A stretch of DNA of 63,609 bases from a virus (taxonomy: Duplodnaviria > Caudoviricetes). Location: IMG/VR virus record IMGVR_UViG_3300042892_001063, positions 1-63,609 of that record, one strand, 5' to 3'. The first letter of the stretch is position 1. Each line of letters starts with the position of its first letter. The notes beneath the pieces are model-generated. The model saw only the letters and a list, made by a program, of their open reading frames with translations. It did not search any database and was not told the origin of the DNA. Made by a program: the position numbers and the translations under genes. Of this stretch, positions 47,993 through 58,057 are shown in pieces.

Positions 47993-50238
47993 TATTTAAT
48001 TAATTGACTTGTTGAACCATCATTAGAATACCTTGCGAAGTTAATACTTATTTTTGAATCTTTTTTCTCCGGCATATATAAATGCTTCTGATTAGCCATA
48101 ATAGCTAATCCTGAGCTAATAGATGCATCGAATTTGGTTCTATCGTTAATATCAAACTTTGCCCAATCTTCTAATGTTCTTGTAAACGGCATTGTGCCCA
48201 TAGCATCACTATCTCTATAGTCTCCTGTGAAATCTATACCCACATATTTCTCTATGTAAGATTCAATTGCAGAAGCGTGAGATTGTTTAACATCTTCAGA
48301 AGAGTTAGGTATCCCTCCAAGTTCTCGTTCTGTTTTTGATAATTTGTTATATTGCTTGTCGGGTCTATTAAGACAATACTGTCTGTACCCTCTATTTTTA
48401 AAATGATACAATAATCGAGGTTTATTGTTTTCAATTAGAATTGGCATACCATAGAACACACACGCCATCAAGACCTCCTCAAAGAATATCTCCGCAGTTT
48501 GTGGTCTTGCAATATATTCTAAGAAAAATTCATTTGAAGGAGCGTCATCCATATTAAATTTAGTAAGTCCGTGTAAAGAACCATTTGAACCTCTACCTCC
48601 AACTACTGCTGATATATCATAACTATCGCAACCAAATGACCCAATGTGTTCATTGCCGGGGCATTTCATTCCATTTCTTGAGTGTACGTTATTTTGTAAG
48701 TGTTTTGCAGGAGTCCAACTAACTCTAAACCTTCCCCTTGTATCAGGAGTAAATATAACAGTAGTATCTTTCATACCATCTTTCCAATGAAATGAACCAC
48801 GAGTAATATAATGTTCTTTTATCAAACTATCATTGTAGTCAATCTGTTGGTATATTTTTGTAAGGTTAAATAGAGATTGCTTACTTTCATCTCTAAATGC
48901 GTGAGACGTAGTTCTTGGAAACTGTCTGTAATACTCATTTAATGCGTCAGCATCATTTTTAAGGGAGTCAACTTCATTTTGCCAATAGTCAATAGCTCCA
49001 TCTTTAATCATTATATCGTCTATACCTAAAATTGGGGCTTCAGGCTTTGTAAATACGGGCATACCATATTTATCTATAAATCCTTCCATATTCCATTCCA
49101 TAGGAATAAATAAAGCATACAGTCCGCTTTTTGTTTGTCCATTAGCATTTCTTTTAGTGGCTGATGAATCCTCAAATATATCTTTATAATTTTGACCCCC
49201 TTTAGATAATGCATTTGATGTTGAACCCATCATACACTTACCAATGATTTTAGAACCTAAACGCAAACAAGTTTTAGTTACTCGCCAATTCTCTTTAATA
49301 TTTTGAGGCTTAGTCCATTTTGCACTCTCATCGTGAGCTAAGAATAATAATTTTTCTCCATCATAAGAGTTATCATCTGTATTCTTCCAATCTATTGATG
49401 TATCTAATCCTTCGATAATATCAGACTCTATGTCAAACATATTTTTCTTAGTAATCTTTGATGCAGGTATTCTATAAGATAATTCTGTCTTAGGTTTATC
49501 CATACCATCCATAATAGGCTTAAAGAAAAAAGGCAATCTACTGTTAATAGGAACTACCTTATCTGTAAACATTTTTTTAGCATCAGGTCCTGTTTTTGAT
49601 AAGATACCAACCCTCGCATCTTTTGCAAGAGTTCCTATATTAATACATTCTGAAGACGACATAAATGAAAATCCTGAACGTCTAATCTTTAGATATATCA
49701 TTCCAAAACTTCTCGAATCTGCTTTGCACGCTTCCCAAAAAATCCAAAAGATTCTATTAGCTTCACGAAAGTCAGGATACCCCACATCGATACTTGACCA
49801 TTGAAGGTACATATAGTGAGAGCCTGTTATGTAGGTAGGAGTTCCATTATTCATAAACCAAAAACCTGATTCTCTATAGTCAAATTCTTGTTCTATATAA
49901 TCAACCCACATATTTTTAAATTCAGCGGGCATTTCATTCCATTGAAAAATTGATTGTATTCTTGAAAGCTGTTTCGGTAAAGGTTCTCTTTCCCAATATT
50001 GCTTTGGTTTTGAAGCGTCTCTTTTATAACAATCTTTAGGGGTTTTAGGTAAAGCAACGTAAATACCTGATATGTTAAGTATCTCTCCAATCTCTCCTGT
50101 CTTTGATATTACTATTACATCATATTGGTCGTTATATCCATACAACCAAGACTTATTACTGTTTTTAGCGGTAATAGAACCTTTAGGTATATAGTTTTCA
50201 GCTATAGTGTATATGCTATTTTGACCTTCTTTCTGCAA
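47992..50238 (-). CDS. terL: Terminase large subunit
   Basis: KIRRSGFS Walker A variant, HDES Walker B, GCDSYD, IENNKP, FDASISSG. Confidence 0.85.
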   Translation of the reverse strand: MQKEGQNSIYTIAENYIPKGSITAKNSNKSWLYGYNDQYDVIVISKTGEIGEILNISGIYVALPKTPKDCYKRDASKPKQYWEREPLPKQLSRIQSIFQWNEMPAEFKNMWVDYIEQEFDYRESGFWFMNNGTPTYITGSHYMYLQWSSIDVGYPDFREANRIFWIFWEACKADSRSFGMIYLKIRRSGFSFMSSSECINIGTLAKDARVGILSKTGPDAKKMFTDKVVPINSRLPFFFKPIMDGMDKPKTELSYRIPASKITKKNMFDIESDIIEGLDTSIDWKNTDDNSYDGEKLLFLAHDESAKWTKPQNIKENWRVTKTCLRLGSKIIGKCMMGSTSNALSKGGQNYKDIFEDSSATKRNANGQTKSGLYALFIPMEWNMEGFIDKYGMPVFTKPEAPILGIDDIMIKDGAIDYWQNEVDSLKNDADALNEYYRQFPRTTSHAFRDESKQSLFNLTKIYQQIDYNDSLIKEHYITRGSFHWKDGMKDTTVIFTPDTRGRFRVSWTPAKHLQNNVHSRNGMKCPGNEHIGSFGCDSYDISAVVGGRGSNGSLHGLTKFNMDDAPSNEFFLEYIARPQTAEIFFEEVLMACVFYGMPILIENNKPRLLYHFKNRGYRQYCLNRPDKQYNKLSKTERELGGIPNSSEDVKQSHASAIESYIEKYVGIDFTGDYRDSDAMGTMPFTRTLEDWAKFDINDRTKFDASISSGLAIMANQKHLYMPEKKDSKISINFARYSNDGSTSQLIK

Positions 50239-50500
50239 ACCCTTGTTTTGTATTAGTTATACCTCCTCCTTTTTCAGCTAAATCTAAACTTTCTCTTTCA
50301 GATTCTATTCTATTAAGAATCTCGAATGCGTCAAAGATAGCCAATTTCTTTGTAGCCGCTGCATTTTTTAGTTTATCAGCAGACAAGTCATCTCCTTCCA
50401 TATCAGGATTTAAGATTGATTCTTCTGCTACTTTTATAAGTTCTAATACTGCTTTATGTCCCGCAGCAATAATCTTTAATTTTGTTTCTCTATTCGTCAT
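50216..50500 (-). CDS. Putative terminase small subunit
   Basis: Helical 94 aa ORF overlapping the terL start. Confidence 0.5.
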   Translation of the reverse strand: MTNRETKLKIIAAGHKAVLELIKVAEESILNPDMEGDDLSADKLKNAAATKKLAIFDAFEILNRIESERESLDLAEKGGGITNTKQGFAERRSK

Positions 50501-50504
50501 AATG

Positions 50505-51071
50505 CTATCTATAAAACATTACATATACCATTCTACCTTCTTTCCAACCTGTATTTGGATATTTACTATGAAAATAATTAGAAGGATACATAAGGGCACG
50601 ATTTGGTCTATAACCTACTACGGAGTGTAAATCCCAATTATCTAAATTATTTGCTTCGTCTAAAAGAAACCTATCAGCCTCTTCATTAGAAACATCTAAT
50701 GGCATTTCATAACCTACGTCTTTGTGTCTCCAAAAAGCGGTTCCGTGAAGTCCTTCTTTTGTTGATGGAGATATATATAGCACAAGTGCTCTTTCGGGTC
50801 TAATATCGCCTACTTTTGAGTCTGCGTGGATTCTCCAATCGGTATCGAACTCTTCAGTTGCCACTCTAAAGAATCCTAACAAACATTCTCTCTGTACTCC
50901 ATCTATAGCAGATAGCTTTCCAACAATATATTCGTCAAAGTCTTTATTGCTATACTGCACCCAAAACCTCTTATCTCCCACTTCAACTTCTTGAAATTGA
51001 TTGTGGAATAAATTATCATAAACCTCTTGATAAACATTCGGTTCCAAAAAATCATCTACAATATTTATCAT
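50505..51071 (-). CDS. 2OG-Fe(II) oxygenase
   Basis: IVDDFL, IHAD, GTAF, NRALMY...FHS, GR. Confidence 0.8.
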   Translation of the reverse strand: MINIVDDFLEPNVYQEVYDNLFHNQFQEVEVGDKRFWVQYSNKDFDEYIVGKLSAIDGVQRECLLGFFRVATEEFDTDWRIHADSKVGDIRPERALVLYISPSTKEGLHGTAFWRHKDVGYEMPLDVSNEEADRFLLDEANNLDNWDLHSVVGYRPNRALMYPSNYFHSKYPNTGWKEGRMVYVMFYR

Positions 51072-51631
51072 AGCTTCATTGTTATTTGATGTTCATACAT
51101 ACGATATAGTTTTTCTCCGTCAACAGTAAATTCATATTCACTATCAGGAGTAAAACAAATAAAGTCATCTTTTTTAATTCCTTTACTTAATAGATATTCG
51201 TTTGGATAAACCATCTGTCCCATTAAAGGCTCTTCGGTACAAAATTTCTCTATATAATAATCTGTAGCAGAAATTGGTCTTACAAAGCAATACTTATCAT
51301 AAGCATTCCAAGTGTCGCCTTTCTTATACATAAAGAATTGGTCTGTCTCTATAAAGAATAAGTCATCTCTAAAAAAGCTTTTTCCGCTTTTTTGACGACC
51401 TCTCATATCGTTGTAGTATTTAAATGCATTATGATGCACTAAAAGAGTGTCTCCTATTGAGATAGGACCGGTGTACCCTACGGGAAGTTCGACAACTTCA
51501 GCATATCTATTAGAAAACTTATGGTCTTCCTCTGAGGTACTAACTATAAAGTCAGTACCACCTATGTCTCTTGTATTATCGTAACGCTTCCCATTCATAG
51601 GCTTTGCTATAAAGTAGAATGGAGATTTCAT
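51068..51631 (-). CDS. GroES-like protein (possibly two tandem domains)
   Basis: AEVVELP...ISIGDTL and GIKKDDFICF...EFTVDGEKLYRM. Confidence 0.55.
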   Translation of the reverse strand: MKSPFYFIAKPMNGKRYDNTRDIGGTDFIVSTSEEDHKFSNRYAEVVELPVGYTGPISIGDTLLVHHNAFKYYNDMRGRQKSGKSFFRDDLFFIETDQFFMYKKGDTWNAYDKYCFVRPISATDYYIEKFCTEEPLMGQMVYPNEYLLSKGIKKDDFICFTPDSEYEFTVDGEKLYRMYEHQITMKL

Positions 51632-51858
51632 TAAAAGTCTATATTAAATTCGATTGAAATTGGAACTGTAAAGGTAAACTCTTTCCACAAGACTACCTCT
51701 TCTTTTTTATTAATAATGTAAATTAATATAGCTCCTGTCTCAGAATGTCTTTTAATATGATGAATCTCGTTTGAATCTCCAAGTATTTTTTGACCAACTA
51801 TATAGTGCATTGCACCGCTTTTATAGTCAGGTCCGATTGATATTTTTCTTATATCCAT
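51631..51858 (-). CDS. Hypothetical protein
   Basis: IRKISIGPDYK..AMHY.VGQ. Confidence 0.7.
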   Translation of the reverse strand: MDIRKISIGPDYKSGAMHYIVGQKILGDSNEIHHIKRHSETGAILIYIINKKEEVVLWKEFTFTVPISIEFNIDF

Positions 51859-51870
51859 TTGATTTAATTA

Positions 51871-52032
51871 TTATTCTTTATTATAAAAAGTTCTACTTTC
51901 AAAATCAAAATAAGGATTTTCAAAATATTCAGTTAATAATTCATCTATTGTAATTTCATTTTCTAACAAGTGCACTTCTACCCTTGCTGAATATAAAAAT
52001 TCGCCTGTAATTTTATTTATAATTGTTTTCAT
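51871..52032 (-). CDS. Small protein after the tail fibre, possible assembly chaperone (53 aa, not in ORF track)
   Basis: MKTIINKITGEFLYS...PYFDF; abuts the fibre stop codon. Confidence 0.55.
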   Translation of the reverse strand: MKTIINKITGEFLYSARVEVHLLENEITIDELLTEYFENPYFDFESRTFYNKE

Positions 52033-54747
52033 TTATTGAAATGTTAGATTAATCCCCTGTTGCGTGAACACATTTGTTGCTAAAGTCGGTATTACCATGA
52101 CTATTATATATTGGTCAATTGTTATATCAAAAGGGATACTAGAAAAAGCTACTGTTGAAGAAATATAATCAGTATAGCCTCCACCTGAAATATTTAAGCA
52201 TTTTAAATTTGAATCCTCTAAAAAATATGTTCTTTGAACATTACTAAAAACTGCTGTTAAGGCGCTACTAATTGTACCTGTTAATGGAACAGCTCCGGTT
52301 AAACTAGATATTGAGTTTCTATAAAATTTTAATGCCCAAGTCGCAGATGCTCCTTCTTTTGTAACCATTAAACTATTCAAATTTATTATTTTATCAGTGG
52401 GTTTTATGGTATTTGCAGGGATTAAATAAGACGACATTAGAGTATTCCCTATTGTCCCTGTGGTAATTATTTTCGTGCTGTCTAAAATTAACGTTTTAAC
52501 ACTGCTATTTAATTGTGTTTGTATTGGGCTAGTAACTCCTTTAACATAACTTAATTCAGTTAATGAAGGATATGTTGCGGTATCTAATGACTGAACGTTT
52601 TTACTAGCATCTAATGCTAATAACTGTGATGCAGTTAATGAACTTAATATTGGTGCGGTTGAAAATGTTTTTGCTCCCGCAAATGTTTGCCCGTTTATAG
52701 TTACTAATCCTCTCGCAGTTTCCGATGCTGATGGCAAATTGAATGTATGTGTTTCAAGTGCACTATTGATATTAAAATCTGTTCCTGAAGTTCCTACTGC
52801 TAAATATTGATTATTAGAAGTTAACCCATTAATCGCAGAAATTCCTGACGAAAAAGTAGTAATTATTTGGCACAAATGACCATCCTCAGTATGTAACGTA
52901 GCTGTTCTTCCACCTGAATTATTAACTATATAAACCCTAACAGCTAATCTATCTGTTAATAACAATGTAGTTGTAGGCACTGCTAAAGATGATAAATATA
53001 AATCAAGCGTAGTACCTCCGCTTATTGTTTCAGGAGCTAAAGACCCATTTGCAATACTTGTAAATACAGCCCCGTCATATTTTAAAAGTTCAACGTAAAA
53101 TTTAGGAGTCCCTCCGCTTGATGACATTGAAAAAAACATCTCAAAGTTCCAAGCACCTCCGGGTATCTCAAGTCTATTTGGATTACCTGCGTCTGTTAAA
53201 AATTGTGCAATTAATCCATTACCTGTTAAACTAAAATCAGTACCCGTTCCAATTACCGCAGCGTTTGACATTTGCTTGTAAGTGGCAACTGACGCAGCAA
53301 CTGAACCATTTAGATAATAGAACACAGATGAACCTCCACCCCCACTTGTTGGAAAAGTCGCTAACTGTCCATCTCCTCTAATATATTGAGAAGCTGTTCC
53401 TGCTCCTGTTATTGCAAATGTTCCTGATGTTGTAATAGAACTCGGTGTAACACTAAATGCAGGAGGCACAGTAATACCTATAGAAGTTACAGCCGTAGTT
53501 AGGTATGTATTTGTATCCAATGCAAATGTACCCACTGCTGTCATTTTAACAAATGGTGTGCCACTTGACCAAATTGGATAATTTAATGCTCCCCAAGTAC
53601 CTATAGTTGGAATGTCGTCAGTAGTTGCGATTGTATAAGTCCCTGCCGCTTTATTAGGAAACTCTAATTGTATATTATTGGTAAGAGAACTTATTCTTAT
53701 AGCTCCATAAGCATTTAGCCTTGCTAATCTTATATACCCTCCTAAATTATCAGCAACTCCGGCATCTAATGTTACAGCACCGATGTTTACCCCGTCATGG
53801 TAGGTCACTGTTATTTCCGAGTCATTTATATCTATATTATTGACCGTAGCATCTTCAATGCTAGTTAAATATATCCCCTCAGAACCATAGTCCGCATTAA
53901 AACTATGTCCTGTCGTAGGGGAATTTAATGTATAATTTGAATACAAAGAACCTAATGTATTTGTACTTAAATAATCTCCGTAAGGCTCAGTATTATCTAA
54001 AATTATACTATTAGTAGTGGTATTTCCTGCGTCAGTTACTTGTTGAAGATTTTGACTACCTCCACCTGTAGTAACAGAGCCGTCAGCCATTAAATACTGT
54101 AAATTTGTTCCTCCTGATTTTATAAATGAAGTTGCAGTTACATTACCTATTAAATTAATATCATTAGTAGCTGTATTACCAACAGACAGTACATCTGCTA
54201 ATCCCGGTGTTGTTGCAAAAGGATTATCAGCCCAAACAATACCTGTTGCTGACTTAGTAAGAACTTGACCCAAATTGCCTAAACTTGGTTTTTCGTCTTG
54301 TATATTATTTGGAGATATTAAAGTCGAATAAATAGTACCTGCAAGATTAATATCTTGAGTAGCTGAATTTCCTTGGTCAAGAACTGATTGAAGATTACTT
54401 ATAGGTAAGTCAACCCAATTTATACTTGAGGTTCCTTTACTTAGAAATTGAAATGTCGTTCCTTGACTTCCGCTTGTATCCTCAATATTATCAGGTTTTA
54501 TTAATGTAGCATCAATAGTACCTACTAATGTAATGTTTTGAGTAGCAGTATTTCCCGTATCAAGAACAGCCTGCAACGATGCCGCAGGGAAGTTTGAAGA
54601 GAATAACTGCAACAACTCCCCTAACGAGAAGTTTTTTGTCGCAAGGGGAGTAGGAGAGGGAACAGGTCTAATAGCTTCTGTACCTATCAGCCTATCGCTT
54701 AATTGTAAAGGAACATCCGCTGATGGATAAGTAGATATTTTTGCCAT
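52033..54747 (-). CDS. Tail fibre / receptor-binding protein
   Basis: 904 aa, Thr/Gly/Ser-rich, four L(Q/A)xV(L/T)xxGN repeats. Confidence 0.75.
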   Translation of the reverse strand: MAKISTYPSADVPLQLSDRLIGTEAIRPVPSPTPLATKNFSLGELLQLFSSNFPAASLQAVLDTGNTATQNITLVGTIDATLIKPDNIEDTSGSQGTTFQFLSKGTSSINWVDLPISNLQSVLDQGNSATQDINLAGTIYSTLISPNNIQDEKPSLGNLGQVLTKSATGIVWADNPFATTPGLADVLSVGNTATNDINLIGNVTATSFIKSGGTNLQYLMADGSVTTGGGSQNLQQVTDAGNTTTNSIILDNTEPYGDYLSTNTLGSLYSNYTLNSPTTGHSFNADYGSEGIYLTSIEDATVNNIDINDSEITVTYHDGVNIGAVTLDAGVADNLGGYIRLARLNAYGAIRISSLTNNIQLEFPNKAAGTYTIATTDDIPTIGTWGALNYPIWSSGTPFVKMTAVGTFALDTNTYLTTAVTSIGITVPPAFSVTPSSITTSGTFAITGAGTASQYIRGDGQLATFPTSGGGGSSVFYYLNGSVAASVATYKQMSNAAVIGTGTDFSLTGNGLIAQFLTDAGNPNRLEIPGGAWNFEMFFSMSSSGGTPKFYVELLKYDGAVFTSIANGSLAPETISGGTTLDLYLSSLAVPTTTLLLTDRLAVRVYIVNNSGGRTATLHTEDGHLCQIITTFSSGISAINGLTSNNQYLAVGTSGTDFNINSALETHTFNLPSASETARGLVTINGQTFAGAKTFSTAPILSSLTASQLLALDASKNVQSLDTATYPSLTELSYVKGVTSPIQTQLNSSVKTLILDSTKIITTGTIGNTLMSSYLIPANTIKPTDKIINLNSLMVTKEGASATWALKFYRNSISSLTGAVPLTGTISSALTAVFSNVQRTYFLEDSNLKCLNISGGGYTDYISSTVAFSSIPFDITIDQYIIVMVIPTLATNVFTQQGINLTFQ

Positions 54748-54765
54748 TTCATTTTATCTTAATTA

Positions 54766-55029
54766 TTAAACAACAATTCTAACTTCTCCGGTAGCTGTTT
54801 TGTATATTGAATCGACAGCAAGACCACCGGTTATAGCAGCAGCATTATCTGCGTATGTAGAAAGAGTACATCCTACTATTGTAACAAATTGTCCTGTAGT
54901 TGTAGCAAGAGTAATAATGTCTGAAATAAGATAATTCTTAGTCATTAATAAATCACTAATATCTGTTCCAATAACATAATCTCCTAAAGAAGGAGGAGTT
55001 GGTTGTGGGTATGTACTAATCTTAGCCAT
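54766..55029 (-). CDS. Small structural protein with the fibre N-terminal domain
   Basis: MAKISTYP...IGT...TKN; YADNAAAITGGL. Confidence 0.65.
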   Translation of the reverse strand: MAKISTYPQPTPPSLGDYVIGTDISDLLMTKNYLISDIITLATTTGQFVTIVGCTLSTYADNAAAITGGLAVDSIYKTATGEVRIVV

Positions 55030-55030
55030 T

Positions 55031-55372
55031 TTAGTTTAAAGTTAAAAGATATAAAATCTTATCTATTAATGCAAGCATCTCATCCATAATGTTTTGTAAC
55101 TCTGATGGATAATTTGTTCTTTCTGAATCAATTGTTGAACGTAACTCTTTTAAATGCGAAGTAGCGTCTAATAACTTAGACTCAGGAATAACTATCTCGA
55201 CTCTTTTATTTCTACCGAAGTAAGCTTCAGTAAATTTGTCAGTCAAATCAAGGATTCCATCATAATAAGCATTTAATGCTTTATGTTCTGCAAACGATGT
55301 TGTTTGAAGATGAGCGATGTGCATTGCATCTCTTGATTGGAACAATGTTCCGATAAATTTTCCCGGTGTCAT
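55031..55372 (-). CDS. Ferritin-like protein
   Basis: HIAHLQT.SFAEHKAL..YYD...D...E...G; NIMDEM...YLL. Confidence 0.7.
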   Translation of the reverse strand: MTPGKFIGTLFQSRDAMHIAHLQTTSFAEHKALNAYYDGILDLTDKFTEAYFGRNKRVEIVIPESKLLDATSHLKELRSTIDSERTNYPSELQNIMDEMLALIDKILYLLTLN

Positions 55373-55374
55373 AT

Positions 55375-55611
55375 CTATTCTGTTTTATGTGTTACCTCTC
55401 CTGTTTGAATGTTAATAACTGCATCAGCACCGTACTTCTCAACTAATTGTTGTTCGTGAGCTGTAAATTTAGCTTTTAACTCTTCGATGTGGCGTACTAT
55501 GTTTAGTTTTTGCAACTCAACATCTCCGATAGCCATTTTTGCTTTGTTGAACTCTGCGTTCAATTCTTGAATTGTTGTTAATTCTTCCTGTGATACTTGT
55601 GTGTTTGACAT
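55375..55611 (-). CDS. Small coiled-coil protein
   Basis: LVEKYG...INIQTGE. Confidence 0.7.
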   Translation of the reverse strand: MSNTQVSQEELTTIQELNAEFNKAKMAIGDVELQKLNIVRHIEELKAKFTAHEQQLVEKYGADAVINIQTGEVTHKTE

Positions 55612-55643
55612 TTTAATTTAATTTTATTTGATTATTAATTATA

Positions 55644-55651
55644 CAAAGATA
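55644..55651 (-). promoter_or_regulatory. -7 promoter element (TATCTTTG)
   Basis: CAAAGATA on + strand. Confidence 0.55.
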
Positions 55652-55659
55652 TGAAAAAA

Positions 55660-55815
55660 CTATGTTAACTTGTGAGCAAACATTTTAATAAGCGTACTTG
55701 GGCTTATAAATTTACAAACTAATCTCAAAAAGAATCCTGCATTTGTAGTGCTTTGACTTTCTGAATATTTAACTGCTACTTCATCTAATGCGTTTTTAAT
55801 TTCGTATGGTATCAT
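55660..55815 (-). CDS. Small protein after the endolysin (51 aa, not in ORF track)
   Basis: MIPYEIKN...GFFLRLVCKFISPSTLIKMFAHKLT. Confidence 0.6.
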   Translation of the reverse strand: MIPYEIKNALDEVAVKYSESQSTTNAGFFLRLVCKFISPSTLIKMFAHKLT

Positions 55816-55816
55816 A

Positions 55817-56242
55817 TTATTTAATTGTTAAAATTTGTTTTCTATTTTTTTCTTTTGAATTATAAGAAACGTGAACCCAAGCAGGATTATTTTCGTTTCC
55901 AAATTCCCATATTAATTGGTCAAAGTCTAAATTCTCTTTTATATAATCGAAAATCATTTTATTGGTAACTTTACCGGTTCCCTGAATGTCTATGGCTTGA
56001 CCTTTACAATGTTGCGAAGTTTTAGAGCCTCCAACAGCATTATTTAAAAGTAAACATCTAAAAAAACTTGATACTCTCAATGGTGTGCCAAAATGTTCTC
56101 TTACAGCATCGAAAACTCGAATACCGACTAATTGCATACAAATCAATTCTTTTTCGTTAGGAACGTTTAAAATAGCTTTTCTTGTAGCCGTTTGACTTGT
56201 TACGGCTTCTTCGTAACTAATGTATTTTGATATATTTTTCAT
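55817..56242 (-). CDS. Endolysin, peptidase M15 family
   Basis: SSFFRC..LN.AVGG..TSQH..GQAID, WVHVS. Confidence 0.9.
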   Translation of the reverse strand: MKNISKYISYEEAVTSQTATRKAILNVPNEKELICMQLVGIRVFDAVREHFGTPLRVSSFFRCLLLNNAVGGSKTSQHCKGQAIDIQGTGKVTNKMIFDYIKENLDFDQLIWEFGNENNPAWVHVSYNSKEKNRKQILTIK

Positions 56243-56706
56243 GGTTTATCTATTGTTTTTAATGTCTGATTAATAATACCTAACATACCTCTTCGTAGAG
56301 CGGATAATAACATTGATATTATATCGAAATTCTTTACTATTTTTTTTGTCTTAATAACATAAAAATTTGTAATTATTGACAAACCTTCAGATACAACTAA
56401 AATTCTTAAAACAGAATCTAATATAGGAGTAAAGTCATAGGTCTTTGAAATGCCTTTGCCTACTAAAGCTAAGGTCATTGGTATCAGCAATACTAATATC
56501 TTACTACATAAACCAAAGAATAATAATTTAAAGCTAAAATCTTCGCTAATAATAAATGATTTTATAATACCTGAGACAGTATCGATAAACATTAATATCG
56601 TTAAAATTTTTACAATGTCGGTATCAATATTTAAAAAAACAAAAACCAAATATAGAGTTGTTTTTATTTCATTCAAATGATTATATATAGTTTCTTTAAT
56701 ATTCAT
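56239..56706 (-). CDS. Holin
   Basis: Three TM segments, IDTVSG, EGLSIITN; overlaps the endolysin. Confidence 0.8.
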   Translation of the reverse strand: MNIKETIYNHLNEIKTTLYLVFVFLNIDTDIVKILTILMFIDTVSGIIKSFIISEDFSFKLLFFGLCSKILVLLIPMTLALVGKGISKTYDFTPILDSVLRILVVSEGLSIITNFYVIKTKKIVKNFDIISMLLSALRRGMLGIINQTLKTIDKP

Positions 56707-56784
56707 TATCTACTTTGCCTATTATAGGCTTTATGTAATTCTTACTTGATTTTAATATACTCTTTATTTTTTAACTTTGACATT

Positions 56785-57300
56785 TTACCAAAGAGCAAGT
56801 ATTTCTCCGTCAGCAAATTCAGTATCCGTTTTCCAAACTTTTTTAGTTTGTATTACAAATAATCCAAGTTCTACTTTTGGAATTGTTATTTCATCTTGTC
56901 CTATTGTTGTTATGTGTAGTGAAGTTGAAGCACTTGAACCGATATACAATAAGCATCCTTGATTTCCTTGACCTGTAGTAGGTCCTTCTTGATATATAAT
57001 ATAATTATCTCCTGATACTATTATATCGGCATTTAATAACAAAGTATCTTTGTCAATGACTTCTACAATTGTGGCAGCTGTTTGTGATGAGATATTATAA
57101 ACAACATCTCCAACGTTTACTAAGTACTGTCTTCCACCAATTACAGGGTTAACAAAAAAAACAATATTATCATCTATTAATTCGTTTGTACTAGTATTTG
57201 TAGATGTTCCTGATGCTAAAGCAGTAGGGTATGGAACATTACAGTTGTCTGAAGGTATTACCTTTAATGCTCTCGTTGGGTTAAATTTTGTACTTGACAT
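56785..57300 (-). CDS. Hypothetical (structural?) protein
   Basis: 171 aa, beta-rich. Confidence 0.65.
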   Translation of the reverse strand: MSSTKFNPTRALKVIPSDNCNVPYPTALASGTSTNTSTNELIDDNIVFFVNPVIGGRQYLVNVGDVVYNISSQTAATIVEVIDKDTLLLNADIIVSGDNYIIYQEGPTTGQGNQGCLLYIGSSASTSLHITTIGQDEITIPKVELGLFVIQTKKVWKTDTEFADGEILALW

Positions 57301-57302
57301 AA

Positions 57303-57512
57303 TTAGTTTATTTTATATAATGTTTTATTAATTATTAAATTTTGTTTATAAAATGTTCTATTGATAAAAGAAGTTGGATTATTAGCAGCAGCCTTTCGAC
57401 CTTCGCATCCACAATCTATATCTATAGCCTCAGAAATAGTATCAACTATTTTTTTAATACCCGTTGCTTTAGTAAACTTTTCAATTGTATCTCCTAAACC
57501 TTGTGATTTCAT
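57303..57512 (-). CDS. Hypothetical protein
   Basis: GLGDTIEKFTKATGIK...DCGC. Confidence 0.7.
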   Translation of the reverse strand: MKSQGLGDTIEKFTKATGIKKIVDTISEAIDIDCGCEGRKAAANNPTSFINRTFYKQNLIINKTLYKIN

Positions 57513-57524
57513 TTTGTAAAGATA

Positions 57525-57755
57525 TTACTTTTTTTTATTTTTTTGAACAGGTAATTTACTAACATTTCCTTTTAAGAATTTCATCTTACCGTCCAATGAT
57601 TTTTTAGACTCGTATTGCTTTGCTTTTTCAATTACTTTTTCTTGCGCAAGCATTTTTGGAGTCGGCTTTTTTCCCGAACCTTTAGCGGCTCTAATGTTAT
57701 CATAAAGACCTCTTTGAGACACAGAGCCATCTTTTCTTTTTATCATTTCTTTCAT
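57525..57755 (-). CDS. Small basic protein
   Basis: GLYDNIRA, Lys-rich. Confidence 0.65.
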   Translation of the reverse strand: MKEMIKRKDGSVSQRGLYDNIRAAKGSGKKPTPKMLAQEKVIEKAKQYESKKSLDGKMKFLKGNVSKLPVQKNKKK

Positions 57756-58045
57756 TAGTACTTTCCTTTACGATTACTTGGATTACTTGTAGTAGAACCT
57801 CCCGGACCTGCCCATAGATTTTTACACGCCCAATATCTTGCGCTTAATTTGTCATTAGCTGTACTGCAACTATGTCTTGCTTTAAAACTCTTACGAGCTG
57901 CATCGCTATAATTATTTCCATAACCTTTTGCTCCAAAATGAATTAGTTTTTCTTTTCCATTTGAGCAAGCCTTTACCATTTTTTTCTTCCCGGGTCTATC
58001 TGAAGAAACCGGTTTGTTACATTGCATTTTTGATTTATCCGCCAT
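57755..58045 (-). CDS. Small basic phage protein
   Basis: KLIHFG...ARKSFKARHSC...ARYWAC. Confidence 0.7.
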   Translation of the reverse strand: MADKSKMQCNKPVSSDRPGKKKMVKACSNGKEKLIHFGAKGYGNNYSDAARKSFKARHSCSTANDKLSARYWACKNLWAGPGGSTTSNPSNRKGKY

Positions 58046-58057
58046 AACTTAAAATAT

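Noticed and set aside
56706-56783. Frameshifted remnant of a small basic gene (KSSKNY / AYNRQSR fragments)
   Set aside because: Too short to support without a homology search
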